DNA of 64,000 bases from Pseudomonadota bacterium (GTDB taxonomy: Bacteria > Bdellovibrionota_B > Oligoflexia > Oligoflexales > CAIMVM01). Below the pieces are notes generated by a model that searched no databases, was not told where the DNA came from, and saw only the letters and a program-made list of their open reading frames with translations. Below, piece after piece: positions 1 to 12,445 of the stretch (the first letter of the stretch is position 1; each line of letters opens with the position of its first letter). The position numbers and the translations under genes were made by a program. The stretch lies in the NCBI GenBank assembly GCA_037142195.1, contig JBAXBA010000007.1, forward strand, positions 1 to 64,000. Direction: 5' to 3'.

Positions 1-249
1 AATTTTATCAGCAGTAATTAAAAAGACGAATCTCTTTTTCGCGGGAATGTGGGAGTCATCATCCAAGCCTGCCTCCATGACAGGCCGCGCGGGCTATGGG
101 TCCCGTGTTGTACCTGCGGTTCTTAAAGCGGACATTTTGACATGGTCAAGTTCACATGAGGCTCGATTTGGAAAGAAAACTCCCTGTCAGAATTTCTTCG
201 TGCCAGGGAGATAAAATACGATCTAAAATCAATAACAAGTTAAATCCCG

Positions 250-2523
250 TTAAGGTGCTAGGACCACAACCCATTCTAAATTGCTCGTCTGTGCAAACAT
301 ATCAAAACCAATAATTTGTTTAACCTTAAAACCACCACTCGTCAAATCAACTAAGTCACGCGCTAATGTGTCAACTTCGCAAGAAACATAGATCAAAGTG
401 CAATTGCGTTCAGTGGGTAGGTTTGCCAGTGTCTTTCTAGTGATCTCAGCCATTCCCCGTCTTGATGGATTTGCGACGATGAAGCTTGGTGATTTTGACC
501 ATTTCGGTAGATCCCACTGAGAGTCTTCCACACGTCCTTCTATAAATTCCACTTTCAGGCCATTACGAGTTGCGTTGGCGCGTGCGTCTATGATGGCCTC
601 TGGAACTTCTTCGATCCCCAAAGTTCGGTAGCCTGCCCTAGCTAACAATAATGCAATTTGCCCACATCCCGAGTAGAGATCCCAAGCGACAGAATCATCT
701 GAAGGCGTTCCAGCATAACGTTCAATAGTGCGGTACAAATTCTCAGTTTGCCAAGGGTTGACCTGAAAGAAGGACAGCGGGCTAACTTCAAACTTTAAGC
801 CACAAAGGGATTCTGAAAGCGAATCAGCTCCTCCAATATGGATCGTCTGTTTGCCAAAAATGACATTTCCAGGCTCGGCATTAATATTAAAGTGCAAACT
901 TGCAAATTTTTCTTCATTTTTTCGAAGAAACTGATGAATTTTTCGCGCTAATGGTTCGTCATGGGCAGTAATAACCAAAGTTATCATGAGTTCACCACTA
1001 AAGTGTGACGACCTTATCGCTATATAGCGAAGCCAACCACTTCCATCAGTCTCGTCATAGGGCTTGATATCAAGTGTTGTGATGAGCTCTCGAAACTTTC
1101 TGACAAAGTGATTGATATTACCTGTTTGTACTGGGCATCTTTCTAAATTTACTACTTGATGAGTGCCAGGTTGAAAGAGACCTATGTCGACGCCACCATC
1201 AGCATTTCGCCTTACGGCTAGTTTTACATGGCTTCTGTAGCCGAGGGGTCTGGAAGATGGAACAACGGCATGTACCTTCGCTTTAGGCGTAAAAGCCGAC
1301 AATTTGGCTAAACCAGACTCATATTTGGTTTGAAGAGAAGACTCATAGGGAAGATTAATCAAACTACAAGAGCCGCACTCCTTCTTAATCTTACAAGTTT
1401 CCTCTAGTGGTCCTTTATTAAGGGCTTGAGATTTGTCGACAAATGTAGATGGGGATTGTAGCCTTTCTTTCGGAAAGGCCTTTCCAGCGCGGGCGTTTTG
1501 GGATTTCGCACGAGGCTGGTCCGCGTACGAGGACTCTTGACCCTTTACTGCCCTGCTTCTTGGATTTGATTCTTTCGCCCTCGAAGGAGCGTCTTCTCTT
1601 TTTCGGTCATAAGCACTTTTAAAGCTATTTCTTGGCGCGTTTCGACTTTCCATCTTAGAATCAGATTCTCTGGGACTTACAAAATTTTGACGAAAACTGC
1701 CTTCTTCTTTGAATTTAGCATCTCTAGCGAAAGGCTTTCTCTTTGGCGCCCCAGCGGGACCCCGGTAGTCTGCAATCGCTTTCCCTCGATGAGTTGACGG
1801 GCGTTTATCTTGATCTGAAAAACCCGTGTTTCCAAAACGGTGATCGCCGCGGTCATCTGAAGACTGCCTTGGCTTTGGGTCTTCTCTAAAAGTCTTTTTT
1901 GGCACGTAAGGTCTTATGGATTCCATTTTATGATCTTCTCGCTTGCGCGGCGTGGGAGCAGAACCTCTTCTTTGACTTTGAGCTTCGTTTCTCTCGCCTC
2001 TTGGCTTGCGGTCTTCTCGAGGCCTATCGCCATAAAATGTGGGTTTTGATTCTCTATCCTTATGAGCCTCGCGGGGACGCCAAGAGGAAGGCGTCTCGCT
2101 ACGGCTTCTCGTCTCATCTCTTTCTCTAGGGCCGTCTGGAACTCTTTTTTTAAATGACGATCTGGAAGGTTCACCATGCGCAGAAGATTTTTCTTTAGAT
2201 CCCCAATCCCTAGAGTTAGGTTTTGACTCGAACCTAGAATTTGGTGTCTGCCTTCTTATTCCCTCAGGTCTCTGATCATGAGTGGAGGCTCTCTTCTCGC
2301 TATAATTACCAGGTCTACGCGAGGGCGGAGCATTTCGGGTGTCCGGTGACGAGCTTCGTCTTCTAAAATCGACGTCTGATTTGGAATGATCAACTGAGTC
2401 CCTCTTCGTTGAAGGACGGTTATTTTTGCGGCCTTCTATATCTTCTTCATCCCCATGGGAGGATTTAGAGTTCGTTCGATTTCTAGGCGAATGCCGTCCC
2501 TTGGGCGTCTTGTCTGCCGTCAT
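250..2523 (-). CDS. rlmD: 23S rRNA (uracil-1939-C5)-methyltransferase with ~370-aa charged low-complexity N-terminal extension
   Basis: C-terminal half has CxxxxxCGSC Fe-S motif, SFFQVN, DLYSGCG, NPSRRG, YVSC and FDMFAQT motifs of the RlmD/TrmA family. Confidence 0.88.
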   Translation of the reverse strand: MTADKTPKGRHSPRNRTNSKSSHGDEEDIEGRKNNRPSTKRDSVDHSKSDVDFRRRSSSPDTRNAPPSRRPGNYSEKRASTHDQRPEGIRRQTPNSRFESKPNSRDWGSKEKSSAHGEPSRSSFKKRVPDGPRERDETRSRSETPSSWRPREAHKDRESKPTFYGDRPREDRKPRGERNEAQSQRRGSAPTPRKREDHKMESIRPYVPKKTFREDPKPRQSSDDRGDHRFGNTGFSDQDKRPSTHRGKAIADYRGPAGAPKRKPFARDAKFKEEGSFRQNFVSPRESDSKMESRNAPRNSFKSAYDRKREDAPSRAKESNPRSRAVKGQESSYADQPRAKSQNARAGKAFPKERLQSPSTFVDKSQALNKGPLEETCKIKKECGSCSLINLPYESSLQTKYESGLAKLSAFTPKAKVHAVVPSSRPLGYRSHVKLAVRRNADGGVDIGLFQPGTHQVVNLERCPVQTGNINHFVRKFRELITTLDIKPYDETDGSGWLRYIAIRSSHFSGELMITLVITAHDEPLARKIHQFLRKNEEKFASLHFNINAEPGNVIFGKQTIHIGGADSLSESLCGLKFEVSPLSFFQVNPWQTENLYRTIERYAGTPSDDSVAWDLYSGCGQIALLLARAGYRTLGIEEVPEAIIDARANATRNGLKVEFIEGRVEDSQWDLPKWSKSPSFIVANPSRRGMAEITRKTLANLPTERNCTLIYVSCEVDTLARDLVDLTSGGFKVKQIIGFDMFAQTSNLEWVVVLAP

Positions 2524-2558
2524 GTTTCATTCCAAACTTTTCAAAGAGGATAGGTCGC

Positions 2559-3650
2559 CTAGAACAGCTCTTGAACAACCAGCGGGATGTCTCTAACATT
2601 TTTAAATGCCCTGCGGAAGACTTTTACGCCTAATAGGGTCGAGTCACGCTCCCAATGCGCCCACTCTTCAGTTAAAGGTCTGATTATATAAGGAGAATTT
2701 GCACTTTTAGATCCTTTGGAAAACATATACCCATCAAATAGGTAGGTGGAAGCGTGTTTAATGCGTCTAAAATCAAAAGGCGCATCCTCTCGATTCTTAT
2801 CTAGTTCTGAAAAAACTAGAATATCTCCATACTTAAGTTCAGATTTCCCGGGATTAACCTCATAAAATGCGTTTTGAAGCGCCGTCCAAAGCTCATCATG
2901 ATTGATCATTGCAGAATCATAGCCCTCCTCTCTCTTTGCATTTACAAAGGGAAGCCTCGAGAACTTTTCGCCTTGGAAAGACAGAGCAGCATGAAAGCAA
3001 TTAGGGCCTTTTACTATATTGAATTGCCCGACATTTTTTTTGGCAAATTCGGGCAGCAAATCCTGGTCGACAAGTATGGACTTACCATCTTTGATCATTT
3101 GCTTTAAGGAAAGTCTCTTTTTAATACTAAGGTAGCCATCCGTCTGTTGGATAAGATTGTTAAGTGCTGTAGCAGAGGCTTCAGACTTAGGGGGTGGAAT
3201 GGTCAGCTGATAATGTTTCGTCGCAAAATAGGCGAGAACTTTTTTAGAGTCAACTAAGGGCAGCACATCTTTACTGATTTCCGCAGTGTAACGCTTTGTC
3301 TCTGGGTCGAGAACGAGTTTTTCAACCATTTTCTGCATGAGTTTAGCTTCGGAGCCTTTTAAGGCGATTTTTAAGATTCGAGGCCCGACATTTTTAAGGC
3401 TATTTTCAGAAAAATATAAGCCGACTTTTTCTACTGTCTGATCTCTTTGACTCAGATAGATGCGCATGAGGATTTGATCCCAGGTCGGCGTTATCACTTC
3501 TAGGTTGGTATCTATAGCTACGCTGTTAAGAGAGTAACGAAGCTCGGTTTGCTTTAGAGTCCAAGGAATAATCGGGCGATCGACTACTACCCCTAAGGAA
3601 GTCGATTGATAGAGAAAAATGCCGAAGAGTGTCTTTCGAATCATGGTCAC
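2559..3650 (-). CDS. Hypothetical secreted protein, possible papain/NlpC-like C-terminal domain
   Basis: 363-aa ORF with N-terminal signal-like segment; GPNCF...GDILVF...HASTY Cys/His arrangement. Confidence 0.5.
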   Translation of the reverse strand: MTMIRKTLFGIFLYQSTSLGVVVDRPIIPWTLKQTELRYSLNSVAIDTNLEVITPTWDQILMRIYLSQRDQTVEKVGLYFSENSLKNVGPRILKIALKGSEAKLMQKMVEKLVLDPETKRYTAEISKDVLPLVDSKKVLAYFATKHYQLTIPPPKSEASATALNNLIQQTDGYLSIKKRLSLKQMIKDGKSILVDQDLLPEFAKKNVGQFNIVKGPNCFHAALSFQGEKFSRLPFVNAKREEGYDSAMINHDELWTALQNAFYEVNPGKSELKYGDILVFSELDKNREDAPFDFRRIKHASTYLFDGYMFSKGSKSANSPYIIRPLTEEWAHWERDSTLLGVKVFRRAFKNVRDIPLVVQELF

Positions 3651-3774
3651 CTCAAATTCTCATTCGGTCAGTGAGCACTTAAGCCAAGAGGTAAAATATG
3701 CCTAGGCGTCACCCCTTCTTGAACAGCATAATTAGCGATAGAATGAAAATGGATTGATTTAAGGAGATGAAGCT

Positions 3775-4512
3775 ATGACTACAGTGTTGATCGTGGACAC
3801 GAACAAATCAAGTGTTGTAATGACTTCTGAGGCCTTTAAAGACAAGGTTCCTGGTATCACAGTGGTTCTAGCTGCAAATGGAAAAGATGCTTTAGAGATG
3901 CTCCCAAAAACTAAGCCAGATATTATTGTCACAGATTTCGATCTTCCAGATGCCGATGGAATCACACTTACTAAGCTTATGCGTAAGAGTTTCTCTGGAC
4001 CAATATTAATTACAGCTCTTCCTGATGCCATTGCTAGTGACGCTATAAAAAATGAACTTCATTGCTATAATGATTCTTGCGCCTGGCTTCCTAAGCCCGT
4101 TCGGCTGGATGTCATTGCAGAAAAAATAGAAATGTTCCTGGTAAAAAATCGACGCATAAACAAACGCTACAAATCGAGTCTTGCAGCAACGCTTATAGGC
4201 AAAGGTGAAGGTAGAGGGAAGCGAGCTCCCAAGATCGTGGGTAAAATGATCAATCTCGGGGTTGGTGGAGCTATGTTTGAAAGTAAGACCGTATTCAAGG
4301 CCAGCAAAGGTGACGAGTTCTCTTTTGCCCTTGACCTCAACCGACCCAGCAATCGACTAGATACTTCAGTTAAACTTAAAGCAACCATTCAATGGCAGAC
4401 AAAAATGCGGTTGGGACTAAAATTTGTAGGCCTGACAGAGCAGCAAAGAAAGTATTTTGAAGACTTTCTTAAGGATGCCAAAGAGGAAAAAGACCAATAT
4501 TCGGCAAAGTAG
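3775..4512 (+). CDS. Response regulator, REC + PilZ-like domain
   Basis: VLIVD...TDFDLPDADG...KP receiver; RRINKR and NLGVGGA resemble PilZ RxxxR and D/NxSxxG motifs; AAGGAG RBS. Confidence 0.8.
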   Translation: MTTVLIVDTNKSSVVMTSEAFKDKVPGITVVLAANGKDALEMLPKTKPDIIVTDFDLPDADGITLTKLMRKSFSGPILITALPDAIASDAIKNELHCYNDSCAWLPKPVRLDVIAEKIEMFLVKNRRINKRYKSSLAATLIGKGEGRGKRAPKIVGKMINLGVGGAMFESKTVFKASKGDEFSFALDLNRPSNRLDTSVKLKATIQWQTKMRLGLKFVGLTEQQRKYFEDFLKDAKEEKDQYSAK

Positions 4513-4619
4513 GAATATTTAAGTACCAATAAACTATGCCTTTTTTTAAAATATTTTGGACCCTTACTTCATAACTCCCAGGATTCTTCCGAAAGCTCTG
4601 GGGCAGGAGGTAGGCCAAC

Positions 4620-5630
4620 ATGTTTGATCGCATCAAAATGGGCGAAAACATTTTTGAACTCATAGAGTTTGCTTTAGCGCGTCATCTTAAAGATGGGTCG
4701 ACTATTGTGGGCCGCTATGGTGTTAACGTCGCGAAAGTCAGAGAAGTGGTGAGGATGCCTAAAATCAATCCCTTGGCGTCAGGTATTCCAGGAGTGGCTG
4801 GTGTATTTGAGCTAAGAGGAGTTCCCATTCCTGCTATTCACTTGAGTCAAATGTTAGGTGACAAAAGCGCAACTATAAACTCTACCGATCAAATCATTGT
4901 GGTAGAGTTTTCCAGGCGAAGAGCAGGATTTATTGTCGACCGAACGGAAAAAATACGACGTATTTCTTGGGACCAAGTATTGCCCGTTGGCGCAGAGAAA
5001 GCTGCCAATATTAGTGGAATGACCTTGCTTGAAGACAATGAATTTCTATTCATTGTAGACTTAGAAAGGATCGTGCAATTTATTGAAAGTGCAGTCGAAG
5101 GCGGCAGTGAAATGAAACCATCATTCGCCCCATTGCCTTTCTCCAGTCCTCAGCCGAGTTTTGCAAATGCAGGTCCGAAATCTTCCAGTGCATCAGAAGC
5201 AATATCCTCAAAAGTGGGAATTCTCTTAATTGACGACTCCAAATTCATTTTGGACCATGTTGGTCCTTTGCTTGAAAGGGCAGGGTTTCGCGTGATTACG
5301 GCTCGTGATGGCGCAGAAGCCAAATCTATTTTATCGGAATTTGCTAATGGCAACTCTAAGAATGGCCCCATTGATGTCGTCGTAACCGACGTGGAAATGC
5401 CAAAAATGGATGGATTGACCTTGACTAAGTGGGTCAAAGAGCATGAGCGCCTCTCTGTATTGCCCGTGATCATACACTCGTCACTTTCTAGCAAAGCAAA
5501 TGTCGAAGCAGGGTTAAAGCTCGGTATTAATGGCTATGTTGTTAAAAATGACGTCAGAAAGCTCAGTGATCTGATAGCCGAGATTCTAGGTAAAGACTTC
5601 AAAACCGGACAATTTTTTAATGCCTCTTGA
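4620..5630 (+). CDS. cheV: Chemotaxis protein CheV (CheW + REC)
   Basis: YGVNVAKVREV and GVFELRG CheW motifs; C-terminal TDVEMPKMDG receiver; AGGAGG RBS. Confidence 0.9.
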   Translation: MFDRIKMGENIFELIEFALARHLKDGSTIVGRYGVNVAKVREVVRMPKINPLASGIPGVAGVFELRGVPIPAIHLSQMLGDKSATINSTDQIIVVEFSRRRAGFIVDRTEKIRRISWDQVLPVGAEKAANISGMTLLEDNEFLFIVDLERIVQFIESAVEGGSEMKPSFAPLPFSSPQPSFANAGPKSSSASEAISSKVGILLIDDSKFILDHVGPLLERAGFRVITARDGAEAKSILSEFANGNSKNGPIDVVVTDVEMPKMDGLTLTKWVKEHERLSVLPVIIHSSLSSKANVEAGLKLGINGYVVKNDVRKLSDLIAEILGKDFKTGQFFNAS

Positions 5631-6237
5631 GTCTAGAAGTTTAGGCGTAGCAACGTTTAAGAGTTTCGTTTTTGTAATTCTAATGGCTCAAATATATAGC
5701 CATATTGGCGGATCTGGGAATCCGATAGTGGTCCCATTTTTGGTAAATAGTTTGCTTGCCCTTTGCGTTTTGTTGCATTTTTCAAGCTATGGGTTTCCGT
5801 TTTCGTTACTCCCCAAAAGACGGACTTGGCTTTTTGTGCCGCTGTTTTTTTTGTTAGGAGCCTTAGTCCTTGGCCTGTTGAGCTCAGAAAAGGTGCAAAT
5901 TCCTGATCTTAGGGCGTTTATACTTCCTGTCATGTTGGTGCCTATCGTGGAAGAGATCATCTTTCGAATGGGTCTTTGGTCTTTTTTTGGCCGGATTCCT
6001 CCAGGAGCTAAACTCTATCTAACTGCAGCAAGCTTTGCGTGCTTGCATACAAATGGTAGCCAGATTCCCTTAGGTCCGTTTCTGCTGGGGTTAGTGTCTC
6101 AGTGGATGCTTTTACAAGGCGCGGGCTTAGTAACAGTGATTTTACTTCATATGGCATCTAATGCCACGATTGTGATATTCTTGACTCTGGATCCTAGATG
6201 GCTAGATTGGTTACGGATTTTCTATATTAACAATTAG
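5620..6237 (+). CDS. CPBP/CAAX family intramembrane protease
   Basis: Hydrophobic protein with EEIIFR, FACLH and HMASN motifs. Confidence 0.85.
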   Translation: MPLESRSLGVATFKSFVFVILMAQIYSHIGGSGNPIVVPFLVNSLLALCVLLHFSSYGFPFSLLPKRRTWLFVPLFFLLGALVLGLLSSEKVQIPDLRAFILPVMLVPIVEEIIFRMGLWSFFGRIPPGAKLYLTAASFACLHTNGSQIPLGPFLLGLVSQWMLLQGAGLVTVILLHMASNATIVIFLTLDPRWLDWLRIFYINN

Positions 6238-6255
6238 AGTAGTAGTAAGTTTAGG

Positions 6256-6483
6256 ATGGAAGACGCTGCAAAAAAAGAAGAATTACAGAAGCAATTGATG
6301 CAGGTCATTTGTATATGCAAGGGAATTCCCTTGTACAGAGTTTTAAAGGGCCTTGAAAATTCTAAAACTGTGCATGATGTGAATATGAAGACAGGATGCG
6401 GGAGTGGCGGCTGCAAGGGCGAAAGATGTGGACCGCGTATAAAGATTTTATTGGCAAAAAAAAATAAAGAAAAACAAGAATAG
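6256..6483 (+). CDS. BFD-like (2Fe-2S) protein
   Basis: ICIC...TGCGSGGC...C pattern. Confidence 0.8.
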   Translation: MEDAAKKEELQKQLMQVICICKGIPLYRVLKGLENSKTVHDVNMKTGCGSGGCKGERCGPRIKILLAKKNKEKQE

Positions 6484-6512
6484 ATTTTAAGAATTTCTTT
6501 CTCTTACATGTT

Positions 6513-7058
6513 TCAAGCCCAGTTGAAGCCGCTTAATTCCTCTAACTCTTCGACGACTTGAAAAGCATTTGGGTGCCGCTCATATTTTCCACTAGACACT
6601 TGAATTCCTCTGATGCCGACAGCTCGTGCTAGATCGATATCAGAAGCTTTATCGCCAATGAGAAAGCTTCGCGAAAGATCAATGGAATCAGCCTTCATAG
6701 CCTGTTCGATTAGTCCAGTCTTAGGTTTGCGGCAGGAACAATCAACGGCATATTTGGCGACAACTCCATCGGGATGGTGGGGGCAAATATAGAATCTATC
6801 TAGTTGAACTCCTGCAGCTAAAGACAACTCGGCCTGAATTTTTTGATGAAATAACAGAACATCGTCTTCACTAAAATACCCACGCGCAACTCCTGACTGG
6901 TTCGTAACGACGATGAGCAGAAAATCTAAAGATTTAAGTTTGCTGGCAAGAGCAGGAAAGCCCGCAACGAATGAGAAATCAGATGGTTTATAAACATAAC
7001 CAAAGTCGTTATTGATAACCCCATCACGATCCAAAAAGACCGCTTTTCTAGATTTCAT
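6513..7058 (-). CDS. gmhB: D-glycero-D-manno-heptose 1,7-bisphosphate phosphatase
   Basis: FLDRDGVIN, TNQSG, CPHHP...CSCRKP and IGDKASD motifs. Confidence 0.92.
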   Translation of the reverse strand: MKSRKAVFLDRDGVINNDFGYVYKPSDFSFVAGFPALASKLKSLDFLLIVVTNQSGVARGYFSEDDVLLFHQKIQAELSLAAGVQLDRFYICPHHPDGVVAKYAVDCSCRKPKTGLIEQAMKADSIDLSRSFLIGDKASDIDLARAVGIRGIQVSSGKYERHPNAFQVVEELEELSGFNWA

Positions 7059-7345
7059 AATTCTTTGCCAAAATCATAGAGCCAAGTTCTATCCTTATCA
7101 TTCTTTGCATAAAAGGCTAGACCCCTTAATATCTCCCTTTGGAGTTCAGGTATCTTATAGGTCTCGCTGCCCTCACGGGAAAGTAGTTCCATATGATGGA
7201 TACGTTCAAGAGTTTTAGTATGAACGTCCATGGGTAGCAGTACTTCTAAGATTTTATATCCAGAGTCGTCGTCAAATTCACTACGGGTGGCCGATAGAAA
7301 AATCTTCCCCTTTTCTTTCAATACGACCACATACCGCTGAATCAT
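7055..7345 (-). CDS. Hypothetical protein
   Basis: 96-aa ORF whose stop overlaps the gmhB start. Confidence 0.6.
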   Translation of the reverse strand: MIQRYVVVLKEKGKIFLSATRSEFDDDSGYKILEVLLPMDVHTKTLERIHHMELLSREGSETYKIPELQREILRGLAFYAKNDKDRTWLYDFGKEL

Positions 7346-7422
7346 GACGAGATCCTTATTCCAATAAAGTCAAAGAGTCCAAAGAAAAGGTCTGCTTTCA
7401 ACAGACCTACACTTCTAAAAAT

Positions 7423-7809
7423 TTAAACAGCGGGGCTTTTTTTCGTTTTTTTAGCCGTAGGCTTAGGGGAAGGAGCTTCGTCAGCAGGGGGTTGTGCAAC
7501 CACTTTTTCTGATTCCTTTTTGGCCATGGCAAGGGCAATAGGATTGTCTTCCAGATTCACTTTTTCCATGCCTTTGTGGACTTTGTGATAGATTTTTTTC
7601 CAAAGCTCAAGGTCTTTTCTGAGCCATGAGTCGAATAGTTTACGTGCGGGACGATTTACTAAGGCTTCACTTAAAAAGAATTTGGCAAACTCTTTTGGCT
7701 CACCAGTATTTTGCAATGTGTGGACAAAGTTTGGAAGAATAATCAATTCTGATCCGCGAGCCCTCAGAACTAAGGCACCTTGATAATCGATAATCTCTAC
7801 TGGAGTCAT
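7423..7809 (-). CDS. Hypothetical protein with Lys/Pro-rich tail
   Basis: 128-aa ORF with AAGGA RBS, co-oriented with neighbours. Confidence 0.6.
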   Translation of the reverse strand: MTPVEIIDYQGALVLRARGSELIILPNFVHTLQNTGEPKEFAKFFLSEALVNRPARKLFDSWLRKDLELWKKIYHKVHKGMEKVNLEDNPIALAMAKKESEKVVAQPPADEAPSPKPTAKKTKKSPAV

Positions 7810-7882
7810 AATTGTCCTTAAAATATACAGTTGCTATAGACTATGAAAATAGATAGGTTGCGTGAATTCAGCAAGGAAAAAA

Positions 7883-8644
7883 CTACGTAGCTACCCTAGA
7901 TCTGCACTGGGCATCATCGCCGGCTGTTAGGCCTTCGGCCTCTAGCGCGGCGGCCGCGCGATGGCGGGATCTAAATACGTCAAAAGGATAGGTGGATTCC
8001 GGCAGGTGGGGGCTGTAACCCAAAAGCTTTTTTAAATAAAATCCCTTCAAATACCTTTGCATATTTGCCCATGGGATATCCATTGCCGGATCGATTTGAA
8101 GATGGGTGCAATCAATCAATAGATTCCATTTGGAATGCCACTGCATAAGGTTGTTGGTCAATTTAGACTTTAAAATTTTTATGTGTTCGGGGGTCTCAAT
8201 GGCAGATAGCGTGCGAAAACTTAACTCGACCGTATGGGTTTGGAAATGGTTCTCAATGGAAATCTGAGAGCGAAAATCACTCGCCTCAACCTGGGTGTGT
8301 TTCCTAATTCCTAATGAATTTTCTGCTTCCTCTCGCGATTCAAATACTGAAAACGGAAGTTCAAGACGAGTCTTACCAAAACCCACGGCCTCTCTTAGAA
8401 AGAGACCTTTAAGAAACTTAAACATGATATTTAAAGCTCTTTGGGACTCTTCAGGGAGAGGCATTGGGATGTTAAGTAAGCTCATATCAATAAAAGCTTT
8501 GTAGGGAGAGTGCCAAGACTTAAGGGCTAAAGTCCACTGTCGTCTAAACTCAAGAACATCGTCCTTAGAAGAAAGAGTGCTCCCCTCCCCAAAACTTACA
8601 TATAGAATTTTCAATCGATAGTCAGACTCGAAATTTATATTCAT
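7883..8644 (-). CDS. Hypothetical protein with internal duplication (tandem STAS/SpoIIAA-like domains)
   Basis: Two halves share WHSxxxxxID...LKGxxL...G...PFxVFxSR. Confidence 0.6.
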   Translation of the reverse strand: MNINFESDYRLKILYVSFGEGSTLSSKDDVLEFRRQWTLALKSWHSPYKAFIDMSLLNIPMPLPEESQRALNIMFKFLKGLFLREAVGFGKTRLELPFSVFESREEAENSLGIRKHTQVEASDFRSQISIENHFQTHTVELSFRTLSAIETPEHIKILKSKLTNNLMQWHSKWNLLIDCTHLQIDPAMDIPWANMQRYLKGFYLKKLLGYSPHLPESTYPFDVFRSRHRAAAALEAEGLTAGDDAQCRSRVAT

Positions 8645-8645
8645 G

Positions 8646-9851
8646 TTACTTTTTTAGCTCGCTTTCAATTGCCTGCTTCAACTGGATGGCAGAAAATGCT
8701 CCATTGTACTTCCGTCCATTGATAAATATGGCAGGAGTTCCTGTAACCCCAGCTTGGTCGCCTTGGGCAATGTCGTCCTTAACCTTGGCTAGCACATCAT
8801 TGGAAGCTAGACACTGATCCATTTGAGCTTCCGTTAGTCCTGCTCCTTTGCCCCATGCTTTTATATTGGTAAGGGAGATATTACTTTGTTCCGCGAAGGC
8901 TTTGTCATGAAACGCCCAAAAATTACCAAACTGACCAGCGCAACGGCCCACGATGGCCGCCTGGCAGGCAAACTTATGGAGGTCTCCCTTCATGGAAGCA
9001 TTGCATGATTTATCTAGTGGATAATTTTTAAACACGAACAAAATTCTATTGCCAAACTCAGCAGTCACTTCCCGTAGGAGAGGCTCAGCCCTGCCGCAAG
9101 CCGGACATTCAAAATCAGAAAATTCCGTAACGGTTACTTTTGCTTCATCGCCGCCTTTGCGGTAGTCCTCACCTAGACCAGAAAAGGCAGACTTCGATAC
9201 TACGATCGAATTCGTCTTGGCTCCCAAGATCTGACTCTCTAATGCGGCTTCCGAGGCACTATCAACGGCAGGGCTATTTTTAGCTGAAGGCTTGAGAAAG
9301 TTGTAGCCAACCAGGGCCATGGCAACAACCATAGCAGCGGTAGTTAAGCCGTTGAATAGCACCTTAATGGTAAGTTCCGGCTTAACCTCAGACTTCTTTT
9401 TGAGAACCCAAAAGAGCTGCAAAAAAGTCAGAATATAAACCCCAATACAACTTAAACAAAAGGCCCCAACTCCAAGCCATGCAATTAAGCCTAGAACAAT
9501 CGAGGAAACGGCGCCTATAACACTTAAGCCGTAGATTCCCGCGATTTGCTCAGATTTGTTCTTACCCGAAAATAGAGCTAACAAGGCTAAAGTAGTCAGG
9601 GCTCCGAAAAATCCGATGCCTAACAAAGCAATAGGGAATCCAAAGAGTTCACTATATGCGGAACTCGATACGGCATCGCAAGAAAAGGTCTGATTGATAT
9701 TGCATATAGCACCGCTAGCGCCCGTTGCCTTAACGGCCAAATGGTTCTTCAAGGAATAGCCAGATAGTCCGATGCCTAATAGGCCGATGACCGTTGAAAA
9801 TCCCAAAAGCTCGACTTCATGACGTTGTGATTCACCTGCCTGTTGATTCAT
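8646..9851 (-). CDS. VKOR-DsbA (thioredoxin) fusion, disulfide bond formation
   Basis: C-x7-SC, membrane CLSC, then EFSDFECPAC and GVTGTP. Confidence 0.9.
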   Translation of the reverse strand: MNQQAGESQRHEVELLGFSTVIGLLGIGLSGYSLKNHLAVKATGASGAICNINQTFSCDAVSSSAYSELFGFPIALLGIGFFGALTTLALLALFSGKNKSEQIAGIYGLSVIGAVSSIVLGLIAWLGVGAFCLSCIGVYILTFLQLFWVLKKKSEVKPELTIKVLFNGLTTAAMVVAMALVGYNFLKPSAKNSPAVDSASEAALESQILGAKTNSIVVSKSAFSGLGEDYRKGGDEAKVTVTEFSDFECPACGRAEPLLREVTAEFGNRILFVFKNYPLDKSCNASMKGDLHKFACQAAIVGRCAGQFGNFWAFHDKAFAEQSNISLTNIKAWGKGAGLTEAQMDQCLASNDVLAKVKDDIAQGDQAGVTGTPAIFINGRKYNGAFSAIQLKQAIESELKK

Positions 9852-9899
9852 AATTAGTAAATCCCCCGTTAGAAATCAAATTGGACCTGAATACTAAAT

Positions 9900-11765
<1,866 letters not shown>

Positions 11766-12019
11766 GTCGGAACTCCTTATAACAATTGTTGGAGTCCCGG
11801 CTGGGTGGAATGGGATAAATCCCTTTTATGAGAAGCGGTCTGGCAAAGAGAAGCATACAGAATTCGCGCGATATCTGCAAGCTGATGATCGCTTTCGGTT
11901 GGTTCAATGTGCTCAAGGACCGAGCGGATGTTAGAGATTTCCCAGCGCGGCATAAGTACTCCTTAAAAAAAGGGAATCTGCCCCGGGAAACCGGAGCAGA
12001 CGCCCAAAGGCTCGGTACG

Positions 12020-12445
12020 TCAAGCGATAGCTTCGGGGCCGTTGGCAGTAGTCGCTACTTTTGCGGCGACTTTTGGTTTTGTTGTCCTTTTGGGATTCGG
12101 CGTTTTTTGAGGACCACCCTTTGCTAAGATTTCCGCCAGACTAACATTCTCTCCCCGCGCCTTCTTCAAGCGTAGTTCATGGATCGCGTCTTTCAAAAAC
12201 CGTTCTTCATCATAAAATTGCTCCGCGATTGTCTTGATGTCAGCGCTTGGCAATTCGTTGGGATAAGAGCTGATGAGCCATTCAATCATATTGTTTCTGG
12301 TTAGCCGGACACCGCGATGTCTATCCGTGATGTGCTTCATCCATGCATCTAGTTTTGAAATAAGCTCAGGAGGCAGCGTTACACGATCCGGATGTCGAAT
12401 CTTTGACTTTTCTTGCGGGTGCTTTTCCATTAGTTGGTCGTCCAT
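12020..12445 (-). CDS. Hypothetical protein, possible ribbon-helix-helix DNA-binding protein
   Basis: RVTLPPELISKLDAW...LTRNNMIEWLI pattern; Lys-rich tail; overlaps upstream gene. Confidence 0.55.
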   Translation of the reverse strand: MDDQLMEKHPQEKSKIRHPDRVTLPPELISKLDAWMKHITDRHRGVRLTRNNMIEWLISSYPNELPSADIKTIAEQFYDEERFLKDAIHELRLKKARGENVSLAEILAKGGPQKTPNPKRTTKPKVAAKVATTANGPEAIA

